A stretch of 62,572 nucleotides of DNA, filler included, from Circinaria calcarea (Eukaryota), in the NCBI GenBank assembly GCA_051942165.1. It is 17 parts of 17 records of this genome, joined end to end, with 100 filler letters (N's around TTAATTAATTAA, not from the genome) between each part and the next. Parts side by side here need not be neighbours in the genome. Positions count along the whole stretch, not along the records: positions 1 to 3,604 come from JAVECS010002729.1; positions 3,705 to 7,308 come from JAVECS010002730.1; positions 7,409 to 11,008 come from JAVECS010002731.1; positions 11,109 to 14,707 come from JAVECS010002732.1; 13 more parts are not named here. The stretch is one strand, 5' to 3'. The stretch's first letter is position 1; the number at the start of each line of letters is the position of its first letter. Below the pieces are notes generated by a model. The model was given only the letters and a program-made list of their open reading frames with translations, ran no database searches and was not told the DNA's origin. Both the position numbers and the translations under genes were made by a program. This document shows positions 1-12,429 of the stretch, one piece after another.

Positions 1-2205
1 ATCGAATCAGTTCAGGTATCATCCTCGTGGGCGGAGGCTTATGGTATGCACGAAATATCAATGTTGCACCCCAGAAGCACTTTCGGGAAGCCGTTGACGA
101 CATCCTATCGTACATGCAGCCAGCTGTCACTGAAAACGTACCTTCTACAATCTTCCTACCGAATGCACGGTCTCCCGCAGAGAAGGACCTTTTACTGCTA
201 GCTCCTGTTCAAGTTCCCCTTTACGATGCTCTATCGCCGTCACGTTCAACCACTCTGACACCAACAAAAATCAATCAAATGAACAGCTATCTGCATCAAC
301 TATCCGCTGATCATAGAGCTGAGATTATTTGGAGCTACTCTCTGATGAACTGGCAACGAAAGCGTGCATACGAGGAGAGCGGACTGCATGTTGTGGGAAG
401 TGTTGCCAGCCGACAAGCTGATGTACTACTTAATCTCAGATGTAACGCTCTAGCTGCTAGCTCCGGCCAATATCCTTTCGATCGAACATGTTGCAGCAAC
501 TATAATCGACCAGGCTTGGTTCAATGGGCAATGCTTCTGCTCGGTCTCGGGATTCTACCCTTTATTACTTTCATAGCCATAGGAGGTAAGGAGACCCGTG
601 GTCGCAAGGGAGATTGCCTGCTCATATTGTCGATGTTTAGAAAGGAAAAGACTATACGTCTTGCCTACTATCCACATATCCCGGGCTCTCCTAGTTATTG
701 GACTCTCCCTTTGTTATTGCTTCTATGCAGATCGAACTCAGATCTTTGAAAAGGCCCAGAAGGAGTTCTACTCCAGCGACTTCAATTTTTTGGGCTGCAT
801 CATTCTACTACTGGGATTGTTGTCAGTGTGCAAATCTACTGGAGTCTCCGTTAATAAGGAAGGATCAGCAAACCGACCATCTGACCAACCGTTCCTATCG
901 AGGGACCAAACAGATGAATGGAAAGGATGGATGCAATTCATGATATTGATATATCATTACACAGGTGCATCAAAGATCCTGTGGATTTATGAAATCATCC
1001 GTCTTTTGGTCGCCTCTTACCTTTTCATGACGGGGTTCGGGCACACCATTTTCTTTTACAAAACAGGTGACTACTCTCTCCGCAGATCTGCGTCGGTGTT
1101 GGTTCGTCTCAACTTGCTCAGTGCTCTCCTCCCATACATCATGCGGACTAACTATCTTTTCTACTACTTTGCCCCACTGGTCACGTTCTGGTTCGCCGTA
1201 ATCTACTTTACAATGAGAATCGGGCGATCTAGGAATGATTCGACTGTTTTCTTATTCAGCAAAGTCTTGTTGTCGGCGATGATGGTAACAGCCCTGACGA
1301 TTGTACCTGGGATACTTGAGAAGATATTTCTGATCTTACGAATTACGTGCCACATACACTGGAACGTAGTCGAGTGGCGCTTTCGGGTTTTTCTAGACAT
1401 GTTTATTGTGTATGTCGGCATGCTGGCCGGGGTAATTTATGTTCGTGTCTTGGATTCTTTACAAAAAGGAAGAACGGATTATGAGGTTTTCGACATCGTC
1501 GCGAAGTATCTCCGTTTGATCCGCGTCATCTTTGTGATGGCTTCACTTGTCATTCCTCCCGCATTCTGGGCTCTCACTCGTCGTTCTCCAAACAAATACG
1601 ACTACAACTGGTGGCAGCCTTACATCTCTCCTCTTCCCGTTCTCTCCTACATGATCCTTCGCAATTCCAACCGGCATTTTCGCAATTACCACTCCTGGAT
1701 CTTTGCCTGGCTAGGGAAATGCTCCTTGGAAACCTTTACTCTTCAGTACCATATCTGGCTCGCAGGAGACACCAAGGGCTTGCTGCGCCTTGGTATTCTA
1801 GATCGAGAAGGGAGTAGTGGAAGACTGCTAGACTTTGTCCTTCTTACCCCGATATTCTTATGGGTCAGTTGGCATACTGCGAGTGCGACTACCACATTGA
1901 CAAAGTGGATCATTGATCCGAGGGAGGGGAGAAGAGACGCTGAATCTGAAACTACTGAATTAGATGGTCACTTTTCCTCCCCTAGACTGAAGAGCGAAGA
2001 GGCACATCCGAGCAATAGGAGGGTTGGGAGAAGAAGTATGCTGAGTTTCGTTGGTCGATTGAAGGGGCTGATCGAGGATGACTTGAAGACACGTCTGTTC
2101 GTGATGTTGGCGGTGCTGTGGGTCTTGAACTGGGTATGCTTTTGATCCCTCGGTATCTTTTATCACAAAATCATAGCAGCTAACAAACTATAGACGTACA
2201 CATGA
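1..2205 (+). CDS. CAS1: Cas1p/CASD1-family 10-TM O-acetyltransferase (5' partial)
   Basis: Motifs FLSRDQTDEWKGWMQ, YHYTGAS, YLFMTGFGH and LETFTLQYHIWLA. Intron 586-640 joins ORFs 27 and 598 in frame; intron 2134-2193 gives the end W-T-Y-T-stop at 2205. Confidence 0.9.
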
Positions 2206-3154
2206 GGCATGACTACCTCGTCCCACATACAAGAAAATGGAGATCCTCGCCCAGCGTACTGCATCGAGCGTATTCTATCCTTCTTTGTATCACTCGCTAA
2301 AGACTTGTACCGCTCCTATGCATTGCTTGCGCTAGCGGAGATACCCCCCCTGGCGATGACTTTTTTTTCGCACTGGGGTTTGCTTCATTCGGAAAACATG
2401 GATAGAAAGATAGATGGTGGATCAGAACAATTTAAACTTTAGATCCAAAAAAAGAACAGCATTGCGTAACATTTACAAAAAGTCGCTCTCATCACACCCA
2501 CTCCATTCCATTTTCATCCGACTTTAACCCAGCTTACAAAAATCTTTTCTCAAAATAACCTCCTTGCAACTCGACCACTCCCCTTCCCTTTCCCTCTCTC
2601 TACACCCGACATCGCCCACGCACACCTCCGCTTGACCCTTGATAAGAAGGTTCCCTAGTCCCTACTACCGTACCATAAATACCCATCCACGGCCCCACAA
2701 CCCTTGGACCTACCTACAGTACCAACGGTACCTATAGATAATAGCGATTGATGAATAGGAATAGAGATTTGCGCCTTGACAATGGGTACAAGTGTTATGT
2801 GGGAATTATCTGGATGGAATGTTTGCTCGCGTGCGGTTGTAGGTGGTGGGAAGTGTGGAGTGGGATGGGGATGAAGGAATTGGATGAGGAGAAGGAGGGA
2901 TAGGGATAGCGTGGAGGGTTACCTATAAGAGTGGAGAAAATCTCTTCGGGCGGGAGGTTTTGGGGCGTTATGAGTGAGATAGTTTATTAGACTAGGGGTG
3001 TTGAGGATGGGAAACTAGGGGATGAGTATGTGTTTTTCACTATGGCTGCCTGGTTGCAGGGGAAAAGGGGGGGGGGGAATTTGTTGGACTTTGGAACAGT
3101 CAAGCATACACTTGCAAATCTAAAGACTGACTAGTTCCCTTTATGATGGATTTT

Positions 3155-3604
3155 CTACATCTCCATGTTACAGTCCTGGTGACGGGACCTCCACTCCTCC
3201 ACGTTGAAAAAAGCCGCTTCGGCAAAGTCGACCTCCGTACCCCCTAGTTGGAGCTTGGGATCCAAAGTCCGTGAGCAGAATAGTTTTCGTCTCGTCTTTG
3301 GCTGTGCGAGGGTGCGGAGATGATGCGTAGGATAGGATGGGGAAGTATTAAAGAAGTAAGCCATTTGGTGGTCTTGTTCCATTAATCCAACTAGTCCGAC
3401 GTCCTCCTCCCCCCCTTCCTCTTCTCTACCATTCTCATCCCAAACACGCTTTTTCGTCGGCCGAACAAGTGGAGTAGAAGCGAGCGGATCCAGCATAATC
3501 GAATTTCGTTTCTTTCCGGGAGTAGATTCCTGACTTGACGCCGAACTGAAGTCGTACTCATCTTCCTCGCTGAAGAGCAGTTGTGGTAGGTCGATCTCTG
3601 AATT
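3155..3604 (-). CDS. C-terminal fragment of a disordered protein resembling fungal RNR-inhibitor (Spd1-like) proteins
   Basis: Frame is open to the contig end. SSQES...KKRVWDE...RTLAQPKTRRK...DFAEAAFF resembles the recalled C-terminus of that family; the defining domain is not in view. Confidence 0.4.
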   Translation of the reverse strand, partial: NSEIDLPQLLFSEEDEYDFSSASSQESTPGKKRNSIMLDPLASTPLVRPTKKRVWDENGREEEGGEEDVGLVGLMEQDHQMAYFFNTSPSYPTHHLRTLAQPKTRRKLFCSRTLDPKLQLGGTEVDFAEAAFFNVEEWRSRHQDCNMEM

Positions 3605-3704
3605 NNNNNNNNNNNNNNNNNNNNNNNNNNNNNNNNNNNNNNNNNNNNTTAATTAATTAANNNNNNNNNNNNNNNNNNNNNNNNNNNNNNNNNNNNNNNN
3701 NNNN
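3605..3704. other. Artificial contig-joining linker (N44-TTAATTAATTAA-N44, stops in all six frames); first of 16
   Basis: Identical 100-bp linkers start at 3605, 7309, 11009, 14708, 18405, 22101, 25796, 29490, 33180, 36863, 40545, 44224, 47901, 51571, 55240 and 58908. The intervening segments fall in length from 3604 to 3565 bp. Confidence 0.99.
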
Positions 3705-4244
3705 CTCCAATTTCGTAACGACTTACCCACACACACACACAGACACCCAACCCTTTTGGAAATTACAAGAATTCCCCCTCAGGCATCTCACCACCCATAC
3801 CCACAACTTGCCTACTCTGATCGGTTCACGGCGCGCGGGTTGTTGAAGAACGCGCCGAGGGAGATTTTGAATTGTTTACAAAGGGGAAGGGTCAAAGGGG
3901 AGGGGAGGGAGGTGTTGATGATGATGTCTGCGGGGAGCAGACGCGATCTCTGCTTGGGATATACAGATGTGCAGTTGCGCGTACTTCGTTTGTGAGGTAA
4001 GGAAGTTGGACGCGGAAAAAGGGAGTTATCCACGTTTTGGCAGAGTAATGCCTGTATCAAATTGACAATGCGAGAGACGTGAAGTATCCTTTCTTCAATT
4101 CACACCGTGTATGCTATACATCCGAAGCGGAGAGTTTGGGAGGAGCCTATATATACGTATAATAACACTCAACGCAATCGCTAGTTCAATAAAAACATGA
4201 TTATTAAAGCCCGCAATACTAATGTAGCCGCTCCGAGGCTTCCT

Positions 4245-5951
4245 TTACTCACGAGCCTCATGCAACCGCACCTTGACCCCGTTCCCGGGACAACTGGTCA
4301 GGGTCAGGTTATGTTTGACCACTGGATCCGTGTCCCTGTTCTCGATCCCGTCGAACCGCTGCATCAATCTTACCGTGACATAGGATGCTTCTGTGAGTGC
4401 GAATTGCTCTGGAAATATTGTTACGAACTGCTCTCCCTGAGAATCAAGTCTAAGATAGGAGACTTACGTCCAATACAAATCCTCGGCCCGCCGTTGAACG
4501 GCAGGTACTCCCATCCTGGTTTCCTTCCAACCCATCTCTCCGGCTTAAACTCATCGGCATCTGGGCCCCAGATGTCTTTTCGATGATGGAGTACGTGGAC
4601 CGAGTAATCGACCTGTTCATCTTTCTTGACAAAGATCTTACTTTTACCATCTGGGCCGCCACCGACCGGTAACGTCGTGTCCTTGACCGCGCGGCGAGAG
4701 TTGACCGGTACGACCGGGTAAAGGCGGAGAGCTTCGTTGAGGCAGTGCTGGAGGTATTGGCTGTTCTTGATTTTGGTAAAGGAGATGTTGTTGGGAGAAT
4801 TATAGGTACCAAAGTCCTCAAGGATGGAGGCGCGGAGTCTGGTGAAGATGGCCTGATGGCGAACGAGGAGATAGAAGAGCCAGCCGAGTAATGATGCGGT
4901 GGTATCACGACCGGCAAGGAGGATATTGAGGAGTTGAGAGCGTAGTTCGATTGGATCTCTAGTCTGAGCCGCGAGGGCATCCAAGAAGACGTACTTGTCT
5001 CTTGTCTTGTTTGAGCCTTTCTCGAGTTCTTTCTCCTTGAAGTCTTTATTGAGGGCCAGGTTGACAAAGTAATCGGCAAACTCGTGGGTAGCTTTGCAGC
5101 TGCTACGGAATTCCGCATTGTTGATCAGCCAGTGATGCTCCAATAGACGAGCGCGTGATGCAAGATATCTTTGGGATACATCGAATGCTTTGGCAAAGAC
5201 CTTTTCGTCCCGGCTGGCTCCACCACTTGGAGGGAGGGAGGCGTTCTCCGGGAGATTAGCAATTTGAGAGTCCACTGATTCACCAAAGAGAAACTCGCAT
5301 GTCGAGTCGAGTGTCAGTCTGAAAAAGAGCACCTGTAGATCTGTTTCGGCCGTCCAACCAGTGCCGTCGACGGGAAGAGCCCGCATCATATGTTTGACAT
5401 GGCGTTCTTCCATGTCAAGGTCCGAGACTTGCTCCCGAGAGAACTGTGGCCGGATCATTGTTCGCGAGTGCTCCCATCCCTTCCCATCCGCGGTGAAGAT
5501 ACCATTTCCAAGCAGTGGATAGAAGTTGTTTCTCCTCATTGGGCCCAGGCCTGTAGAGGTTTAGCTATTGTTGTCGTTACATTCTCGTTGGTTTGGCTAT
5601 TGGATACATACAAAAGTCATGGAATTGAGTCGCAAGAATAGCCTGAATGTTCTTCGGGTCAGCGGTGAAGAAACCCGTTGTGCCCATGATTCTATATTCA
5701 TATGTTCGAGCTCCCGCCTCATAATATTTGTAATTGACGAGTTCCGGAAAGAGCATGGCACGATCGGCCTTGATGGCCTGGTAGACGCGATCGAGTCCCA
5801 GGGGCCACCGCATTTTCTGCATCGGTACAGGCTTGCAGCCCAGCCGCTCTGCTTCGGCAGCATAACGACGATTAGCAACCAGCGTTGAGACCACTCTGTA
5901 GACGACATAGGCCGCCACCGCCCAAATGCCGGGTAGTACGTAGTCTCGCAT
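4245..5951 (-). CDS. CYP52: Cytochrome P450, CYP52 clan (alkane/fatty-acid omega-hydroxylase-like)
   Basis: I-helix LLAGRDTT, EALR, PERW and heme motif FNGGPRICIG|QQFA. Introns 5551-5611 and 4409-4467; stop at 4245. Confidence 0.93.
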
Positions 5952-6548
5952 ATTGGGATATGATTACAAGATGAAGACTTGCTTGCCAGCGACGTTATAA
6001 GTTAAGAGAGACAAAAGAAAACCAACAGGCAGCAGCGGGCGGCACGGTTGCTAATTGAGCCATGCCGAGTGTTGGAGTCGGTCAGTCGGACAGATGCAAT
6101 GCTCCGCGCTGTGGGGTACGGATTTAACAAGTTCATCCCATATCCCATACGTACGCAGTCGGATGAACTTGGGTAGTGGCTTTCCTTCTTCTTTGGCGTG
6201 GCCATAAGTCCGACGATATCCTTTCCTTCGAGTATTCTGCACCTGTCGTGCCGAGGCAGACATACCCCGCATCCTTGTTTTGCGCACCAGATGATTGTGC
6301 ATCTGGGACAGCATACCATTTTGCCCGAGGTTGAACTCTACAGTCGGTTTCATGATGATGATGATGATGATTGCACAACTGGTATTACATAAATGGTCTT
6401 ACTGCACTATTCCAGAAACGATGCCGGGAAGGTCGCTTATATCTACCCAATCGGTCTTGCTGCAGCTTCTTGCAACATGCCGGGACCTTCCACACAGTGT
6501 GTAAACATACTGTAGAGTAGGTCATACTGCTCTTTGAAACGCCTCGCA

Positions 6549-7308
6549 TTACTCCAGAACAGCTCTCCAGCCTTTTCTGCTGATATACCCTTCCACGCCC
6601 TCATCTTTCATAATCTCATCCGCCCGCCTGCCTGTAATCACGCTTCTTTCCACCTCTCGACCTATGACAAAGAAGGGGTCAAACCCTAGCAGCTTCCCAC
6701 CCTCCTGTCGTCTTTGCCACATTCGTCTGTCGTTCTCGTCTTGTTTCAGCGAGAAGCCAGACGAGGAGCGGTCCATTGATAGATACCAGGTTCGTTGATG
6801 GATGGAGTTGATGGTGTTGCTTGCACCCGGATAAGCATTCGTCCGTCGGACCTCATCGTCTTCCTGCTCTGCAATCTCTTTTTCGAGAGCAGACACTTTG
6901 GGATCAGGAGGAGTACAAGCGTCAGGTATTGTATCGTCTATGCCGAAAACGGAGATATCTTCGTCATCTGATGGAGGAGGCGTCTCAACTGTTGGGGCCT
7001 TGGAAGCTCCTGGTGCTTTCCGCCGACGTTTTCTAACGAGTTTTCCAGGGTGAGAGGTACGCTGGTAATCGGTTGAAAGGCGAAGTGTTACTGTATAGTC
7101 TGGAGGTAGCTTTGTGCCGTGAAGCTGGAGGCGTATCTTACCCTATGAGGTGCAATGAGTTGGTAGTATTGCGAGAGTGTACAACGATCCTACCGTCTGA
7201 AACGCTGCATGGAGCTTCTGGGGTTCTGATAATGGCGGCTTCCCATCCTTCAGGGCCGAGTCTGAATCACTCGATAGCTCGTCATCGGTCTCGTCTCTGG
7301 GTTTTCGG
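6549..7308 (-). CDS. Fungal LigD 3'-phosphoesterase (LigD_N)-family protein, C-terminal part (5' partial)
   Basis: After intron 7143-7193 the frame reads KLHAAFQT|GKIRLQLHGTKLPPDYTVTLRL...RTNAYPGASNTINSIHQRTWYLSMDR...GREVERSVITGR...GWRAVLE, matching the recalled C-terminal half of fungal LigD_N proteins. The catalytic HYDLRL segment is off-contig. Confidence 0.7.
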
Positions 7309-7408
7309 NNNNNNNNNNNNNNNNNNNNNNNNNNNNNNNNNNNNNNNNNNNNTTAATTAATTAANNNNNNNNNNNNNNNNNNNNNNNNNNNNNNNNNNNN
7401 NNNNNNNN

Positions 7409-8850
7409 CCCTAGAACTTGCAATGGAAAGGGGAGATGTGGATATTCAGAAAATAATGGCATCCCCATTGGGCCAAAAATCACCGTTACATGAGAAGGTA
7501 TTGGCTGCAGATAAGATCGGTATCAGAGAAATGCTGGAGCTGAATATTAGTGTGGACATTGAAGATGAATATAGTCGGACTCCTCTGCACCTAGCTACCG
7601 CCGAAGCAAGTGTTGAGATTGTCGAACTGCTACTGGCCTGGAAAGCTAGAGTTGATGTCAAAGAGAAAATATATGAGCATACGCCCTTACACCTAGCCGC
7701 TTCAATTGGAAGCATGGACATTACAAGACTGGTTTTGGAACGGGCAGCCGATGTCAACGCTACGGACAAGAATGGCCGGACCGCTCTCCACTTGGCGGCA
7801 AAAAATGGATGGGTATCTGTCAGTAGACTGCTGTTAGATCATGGCGCTGAAATCGAGTTCGAGGACAGACACGGCCAGACCCCATTGCATCTAGCTGCAG
7901 CCAGCGGTTCCGAGCAGTTGGTCGAGCTACTTCTAAGCAGGAGGGCCAATGCACAGACTAAAGATTTGCTTGAGCAAATACCTTTGCACCTGGCGGCTGC
8001 AATAGCGAACAAGACACTAGTCAGTATGCTACTGACTGAAACTACAGAGCTTAATGCTGCGAATCTTCTATCTGAGACTCCACTTCATCTGGCAGCTTCA
8101 GCTGGAAACGCGGATATGATCGAGCTTCTACTGGAGCAACATGCGGATAGGTACGCAACTTGCCGCGGCGAACTCACGGCATCACACCTTGCGGCCAGAG
8201 CGGGATCCTCCTCCGTGGTAAAACTGCTTGCAGATAACGGAGCAGACCTTGATGCCAAAGATGATACGGGAATGACTCCACTACACCTCGCCGCTGAGCA
8301 TGGTCATGTCCATGTAGTTAAGCTCCTGGTTGGTGCAAACTTGATTACAGAGATAGACATAAGGAACGATCAAGGGTTTTCGCCGCTCCAAGTCGCCATC
8401 CAGAAGGGCAAAAGGGATGTCATTAAAATAATGCTGGACCATAACGCGGACGTAAACGCCTCTGGAACTCCGTCTGGGCTGACACCACTGCACTTGGCGT
8501 TCGACCCTGACATAGCCGAGGATCTCCTTGACCGGCAAGCCAATATCAATGCATCAGACCGTGGTGGCCACACCGTGCTGCATACCGCCACCAAAGAGGG
8601 TCACTTGGATGTTATCAAGTTACTCTTAGGCCGATCTATAGATTTCCTCGCCCAAAGCCACGCCGGAGAGACGGCCTTGGACGTGGCGAAAGACCGCCTT
8701 CGCACTTTCCAGATTGGAGACGAATTAGAAGATGATGAGGCGGATCCGGAGGAGATTGTCAGGCTGGAGCACGAGGTCCAAGAAGCGAGGGAGATTATCG
8801 CACTGTTGGAGGCTGCCCAAGCTTCTCCTTTGCTCCTCGGTCGTAGTTAA
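7409..8850 (+). CDS. Multi-ankyrin-repeat protein (about 12 repeats; probably 5' partial)
   Basis: Repeated TPLHLAA...LL..GAD.N motifs with an acidic tail; begins at the contig edge. Confidence 0.9.
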
Positions 8851-9638
8851 CCAATTCACGTTTAGCAAATATTTTCACGGCCAATTATCGGCCACGTAAA
8901 CCCTAATAATGCCCATGTATCACTTCCACGCATCCCCTTTTACTACTTTTCTCCATCCCCGGTTATTCCATCCAGCCACTCCCTCCGGCTATTCCCTCCG
9001 CCGCAGGCTCCGTACCCACATCCGTAGCAAAAATCCTGTAGTTACCCTATCACTCGTAACCAACGCTAGCTTTTCTCACCGTTTTCCCAACCCCTATCCT
9101 TCCCCTTTTTAAACCTTCCACCCCACCACCCTTCACCGCACCCGTATCGCTATATGTTCGGAATGATAGAAGAGGTCGCCAGAGGAGGCTGAGTTGGCAG
9201 TACCGCGCTGGGGTTTGTTGGATAAAAGGCAGTTAAGAGTGCTAGATACTGAGCGGAGTGTGCGTGGGAGTAAAGGAATGGCATCTTCGGGGGAGTAATT
9301 CACCAGGTAGTTGATTATACTTGAGAGGTCTTCTAGATTTAAAGATTACAAAGCAATAGTGTGAGATGTATATCAGGGACGATGGAGGTTATGATGATGA
9401 TGATTGAGTGCTAGCTAAAGTAAATGAAACCAAAGGAAAGACTGAATTTCGTGAGAGTTTTTTTTGGGGGGGGGGGGTTGCTGATATGGTTTCCTGTCCG
9501 TTGCGCCTGTATTCCAAAGAGTTCCTTCGTGTATTGCTGTTCCCTGTCCCCTTGTATCCTTCTTTCCTCCGTTTGACAATTTAGCCTCTCTTCCTTCTGA
9601 CTTGCTCCTGTCTTCCCCCTTCACCTTTCACTTTTCAC

Positions 9639-10623
9639 CTAAACCGTCATCTTGTGCTTCTGGCGCTGGTGGTCATAAAGCTTATCGAGGCGATAGAATG
9701 CCTTGTCTCCCTTTCGATTACAACCATTGATAGGGCAATCATGCTGGCGCGAAGAATGCTTTCCCATGTGACGGTCGCGATCACGGATGCGGGTGAATGT
9801 TGTGGTGCAGCCTGTATGGGTACACGTGAAACGGCCATTGGAGTTAATGGATGGGGTAGCTGCGACAACATTGGTAGGACGAATGGCGACAGGCTGCCCG
9901 ATGGAAGCTGTAATGTTGGAACAAGTGCCGGTAGTCGGAGTGGGATATGTTCTTAAAGCAGCATTCGTTGGTGATGTGAGGTTGTTGAAACCAGTGAAAC
10001 CATGATTGTCGTTCCGGAGGGGAGACTGGAAGGTGGCGTCACGCTGCTCGGTGTAGTCCGCTATGGTATCAGTACCTGGGAGAACGGGGTCGTCAAGGAC
10101 GTTGAAGTCGTTATTGCCCAGGGCATTGAAATGCTGAAGACCAGTATCAATGTGCCCATTATATTCGATGACTGAATTCCCGGCTGGGAATCCAAAGTCG
10201 TCGAGGCCATTGTAATCATCTTGAGCAACGAAGTCATAGAACTGAGGAACAATATCAGGCTGCCCATCAAATTCGGAATTAGTATTCAGCCAGTCACTGA
10301 AGTCGAGAGGCTCAGGGTCGGTATCGGTTTGTTCGTCGACAGCAGCAGTTTTCGGAAAGCCGAAGCCGCCTGAAGGGTTCGAGACAGGGGAGGTGAGAAT
10401 AGGATCGGGGAGCGTGCAGTCGTCTTGAGTATCCCCCAGGTAGCCGACATTCAGGGCAGGAGATTGTAAAGCAGCATGGGTTTGAGAGTCCTTGGCATGG
10501 CTGACCTCATCGCGCAGGAATGTCCAGGATGGGAAGGTGCACTCGATTTGAGCCTCAGATGGATCTAATGGTCTGATGCAAGAGGCATACCCGCGTTAGC
10601 GTAAAAAAAAAAACCTACGTCAT
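9639..10623 (-). CDS. C2H2 zinc-finger protein with two C-terminal fingers (~312 aa; absent from the ORF track)
   Basis: ATG-AC micro-exon 10623-10619, intron 10573-10618 (GTAGGT..CTAAC..CAG), then an open frame ending FTCTHTGCTTTFTRIRDRDRHMGKH..HDCPINGCNRKGDKAFYRLDKLYDHQRQKHKMTV-stop. Confidence 0.85.
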
Positions 10624-11108
10624 GGTGATCTCGTTCAAGGGGCGAAGAGGGCGTAAGGTGAGCTTTTGGTTGGCTGAGGATACGAGTCAGGTGACGAAAA
10701 AGGGCGACAAATCAGACAACTGAGTCAAGAGCCTGCCTGTGAGAGAGCAGACGAGTTTTTGGAAGGAAGAGGAAGATGAGGGGGACTTGTCTACCCAAAT
10801 ATCCCGTCACGACTGCTTCGGCAAATCCAAGGGGCAAAGGGCGACCAATCATCACTGAGTCTGATCCAGTCCTTTGCCAGCCTTACATATAGGAGGCATC
10901 CAACCTCCATCTCGCATTACCATTTTCTTCTCTACATAAATTTCCACAGTGAATCCAGTGTTCTCAATACCCCACCCCACCCCACCCCAGGCCTCTGGGG
11001 TGGGGGGGNNNNNNNNNNNNNNNNNNNNNNNNNNNNNNNNNNNNNNNNNNNNTTAATTAATTAANNNNNNNNNNNNNNNNNNNNNNNNNNNNNNNNNNNN
11101 NNNNNNNN

Positions 11109-11491
11109 AATTCTCGCCTTCGACACATATTGCAGGTAGGGGTATGAATCTGATTGATCAAAGCGCTCAGATCGTTCACCGGGTTTGGGCCACCTCCTGC
11201 GATTAGAGATGTATTAGTCGCCGAAGTATCAGCGTGGCAGACCCTTTGACGGCAATTAGGTGTAGGTTGCAGAAACGGCGCGTTCCCAAGACAAGGCTTT
11301 GTTGGTTCCCGTATATTGGCCACCTGGCATGGGCCTACTATAGCGTTCTGGTAGGCCCCTCCTCGGCGAGTTTCCCGGCATCTCGTAGCAACTGGATGAG
11401 CTGCCCATAGCATATGTGCTGGGGGATAATTCGGCAAGAGAGGAGGATAGTCCGCCAAGAGCGGTGGAGGAGGTGGGATAGGGTTCGCCAT
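11109..11491 (-). CDS. Hypothetical Pro/Cys-rich protein (3' partial)
   Basis: ATG-initiated ORF running into the contig end; no family recognised. Confidence 0.4.
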
Positions 11492-12429
11492 GCATTAAAA
11501 ATATCAGCTAGCGATATATATAGAATCGAGAGTCCAATAACTATCCAATTAGCACGCACTCTTTCCCTATCAATGGTAATGTAGTATATATGGTAGAAGA
11601 AATCGGGCACGGTGGTTGGACATAGCCCCCGAGGCATCTTAGACTGCATTTGCCTTTGTAAAGGTCATTGCACAAACCGCATCCGGCGTTGTGTTGACCG
11701 ATCTCGCAGCTGTTTACTCAGGTGGTATATCTAGAGGCTGCCGGTAGGGTTTGATAATTGAAAATAACGTCCAAACCTCATAACAATGGAGGACCGATGA
11801 ATGGACCGCATCCGGTGGTATCTGACCTATCTTTCTTTGTCGCTTATGAATGAAAATCGCGAACCTCGAGTCCATACAATAAGCTACTCCCGATCCAAAC
11901 GCCATCTCACAGCACCAGCATCGAACATAATCAAGTCATTGTAGAGAAAACAGTGATTTGAGAGGTCAAAGTATCAGGGAACAGGATGTGAAAGATGAGG
12001 AAATTTGCCATATTTAGCCCTATACGTGCCGGGGTCGATGAACTCTCACTGTTATATTTGGTATTAGGTCCCAGAAGTAGACTTCTCCTCTGGACTTTGG
12101 TTCGATGACCAAACTCAGGTAATCTTTGAACACTTTTCTGTTCTCGCACCATACCCAGTAGAGTGATCGCAAGATCTCGCAGCCTGTCATGAGTCATGGG
12201 GCTAATCAAAGGCTTCTTGTGAAGCATAGCTTTTCCACTCCTATGTTTTTGGCACCCAATTGAAGATGGGAGGTCTGATGGCGACTTTCTCGAGATGAAG
12301 CTAAAATGAGCAAGCCGAAATAGTGACTAACCACAAAGGGTAGTTTTTATAGATCGTCAAGATATTGGAAAAAGATAAGGAGACTTACCATTATGGATAC
12401 CACTCTACCTTTGCTAATTGAGCCAGGAT

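Noticed and set aside
1..2205. 'Cas1' as a CRISPR gene
   Set aside because: Name coincidence: this is the fungal Cas1p membrane O-acetyltransferase. No CRISPR array was seen.
10970..11008. G/C hairpin at the contig end
   Set aside because: Low-complexity C/G tract at an assembly break; no evidence of function.
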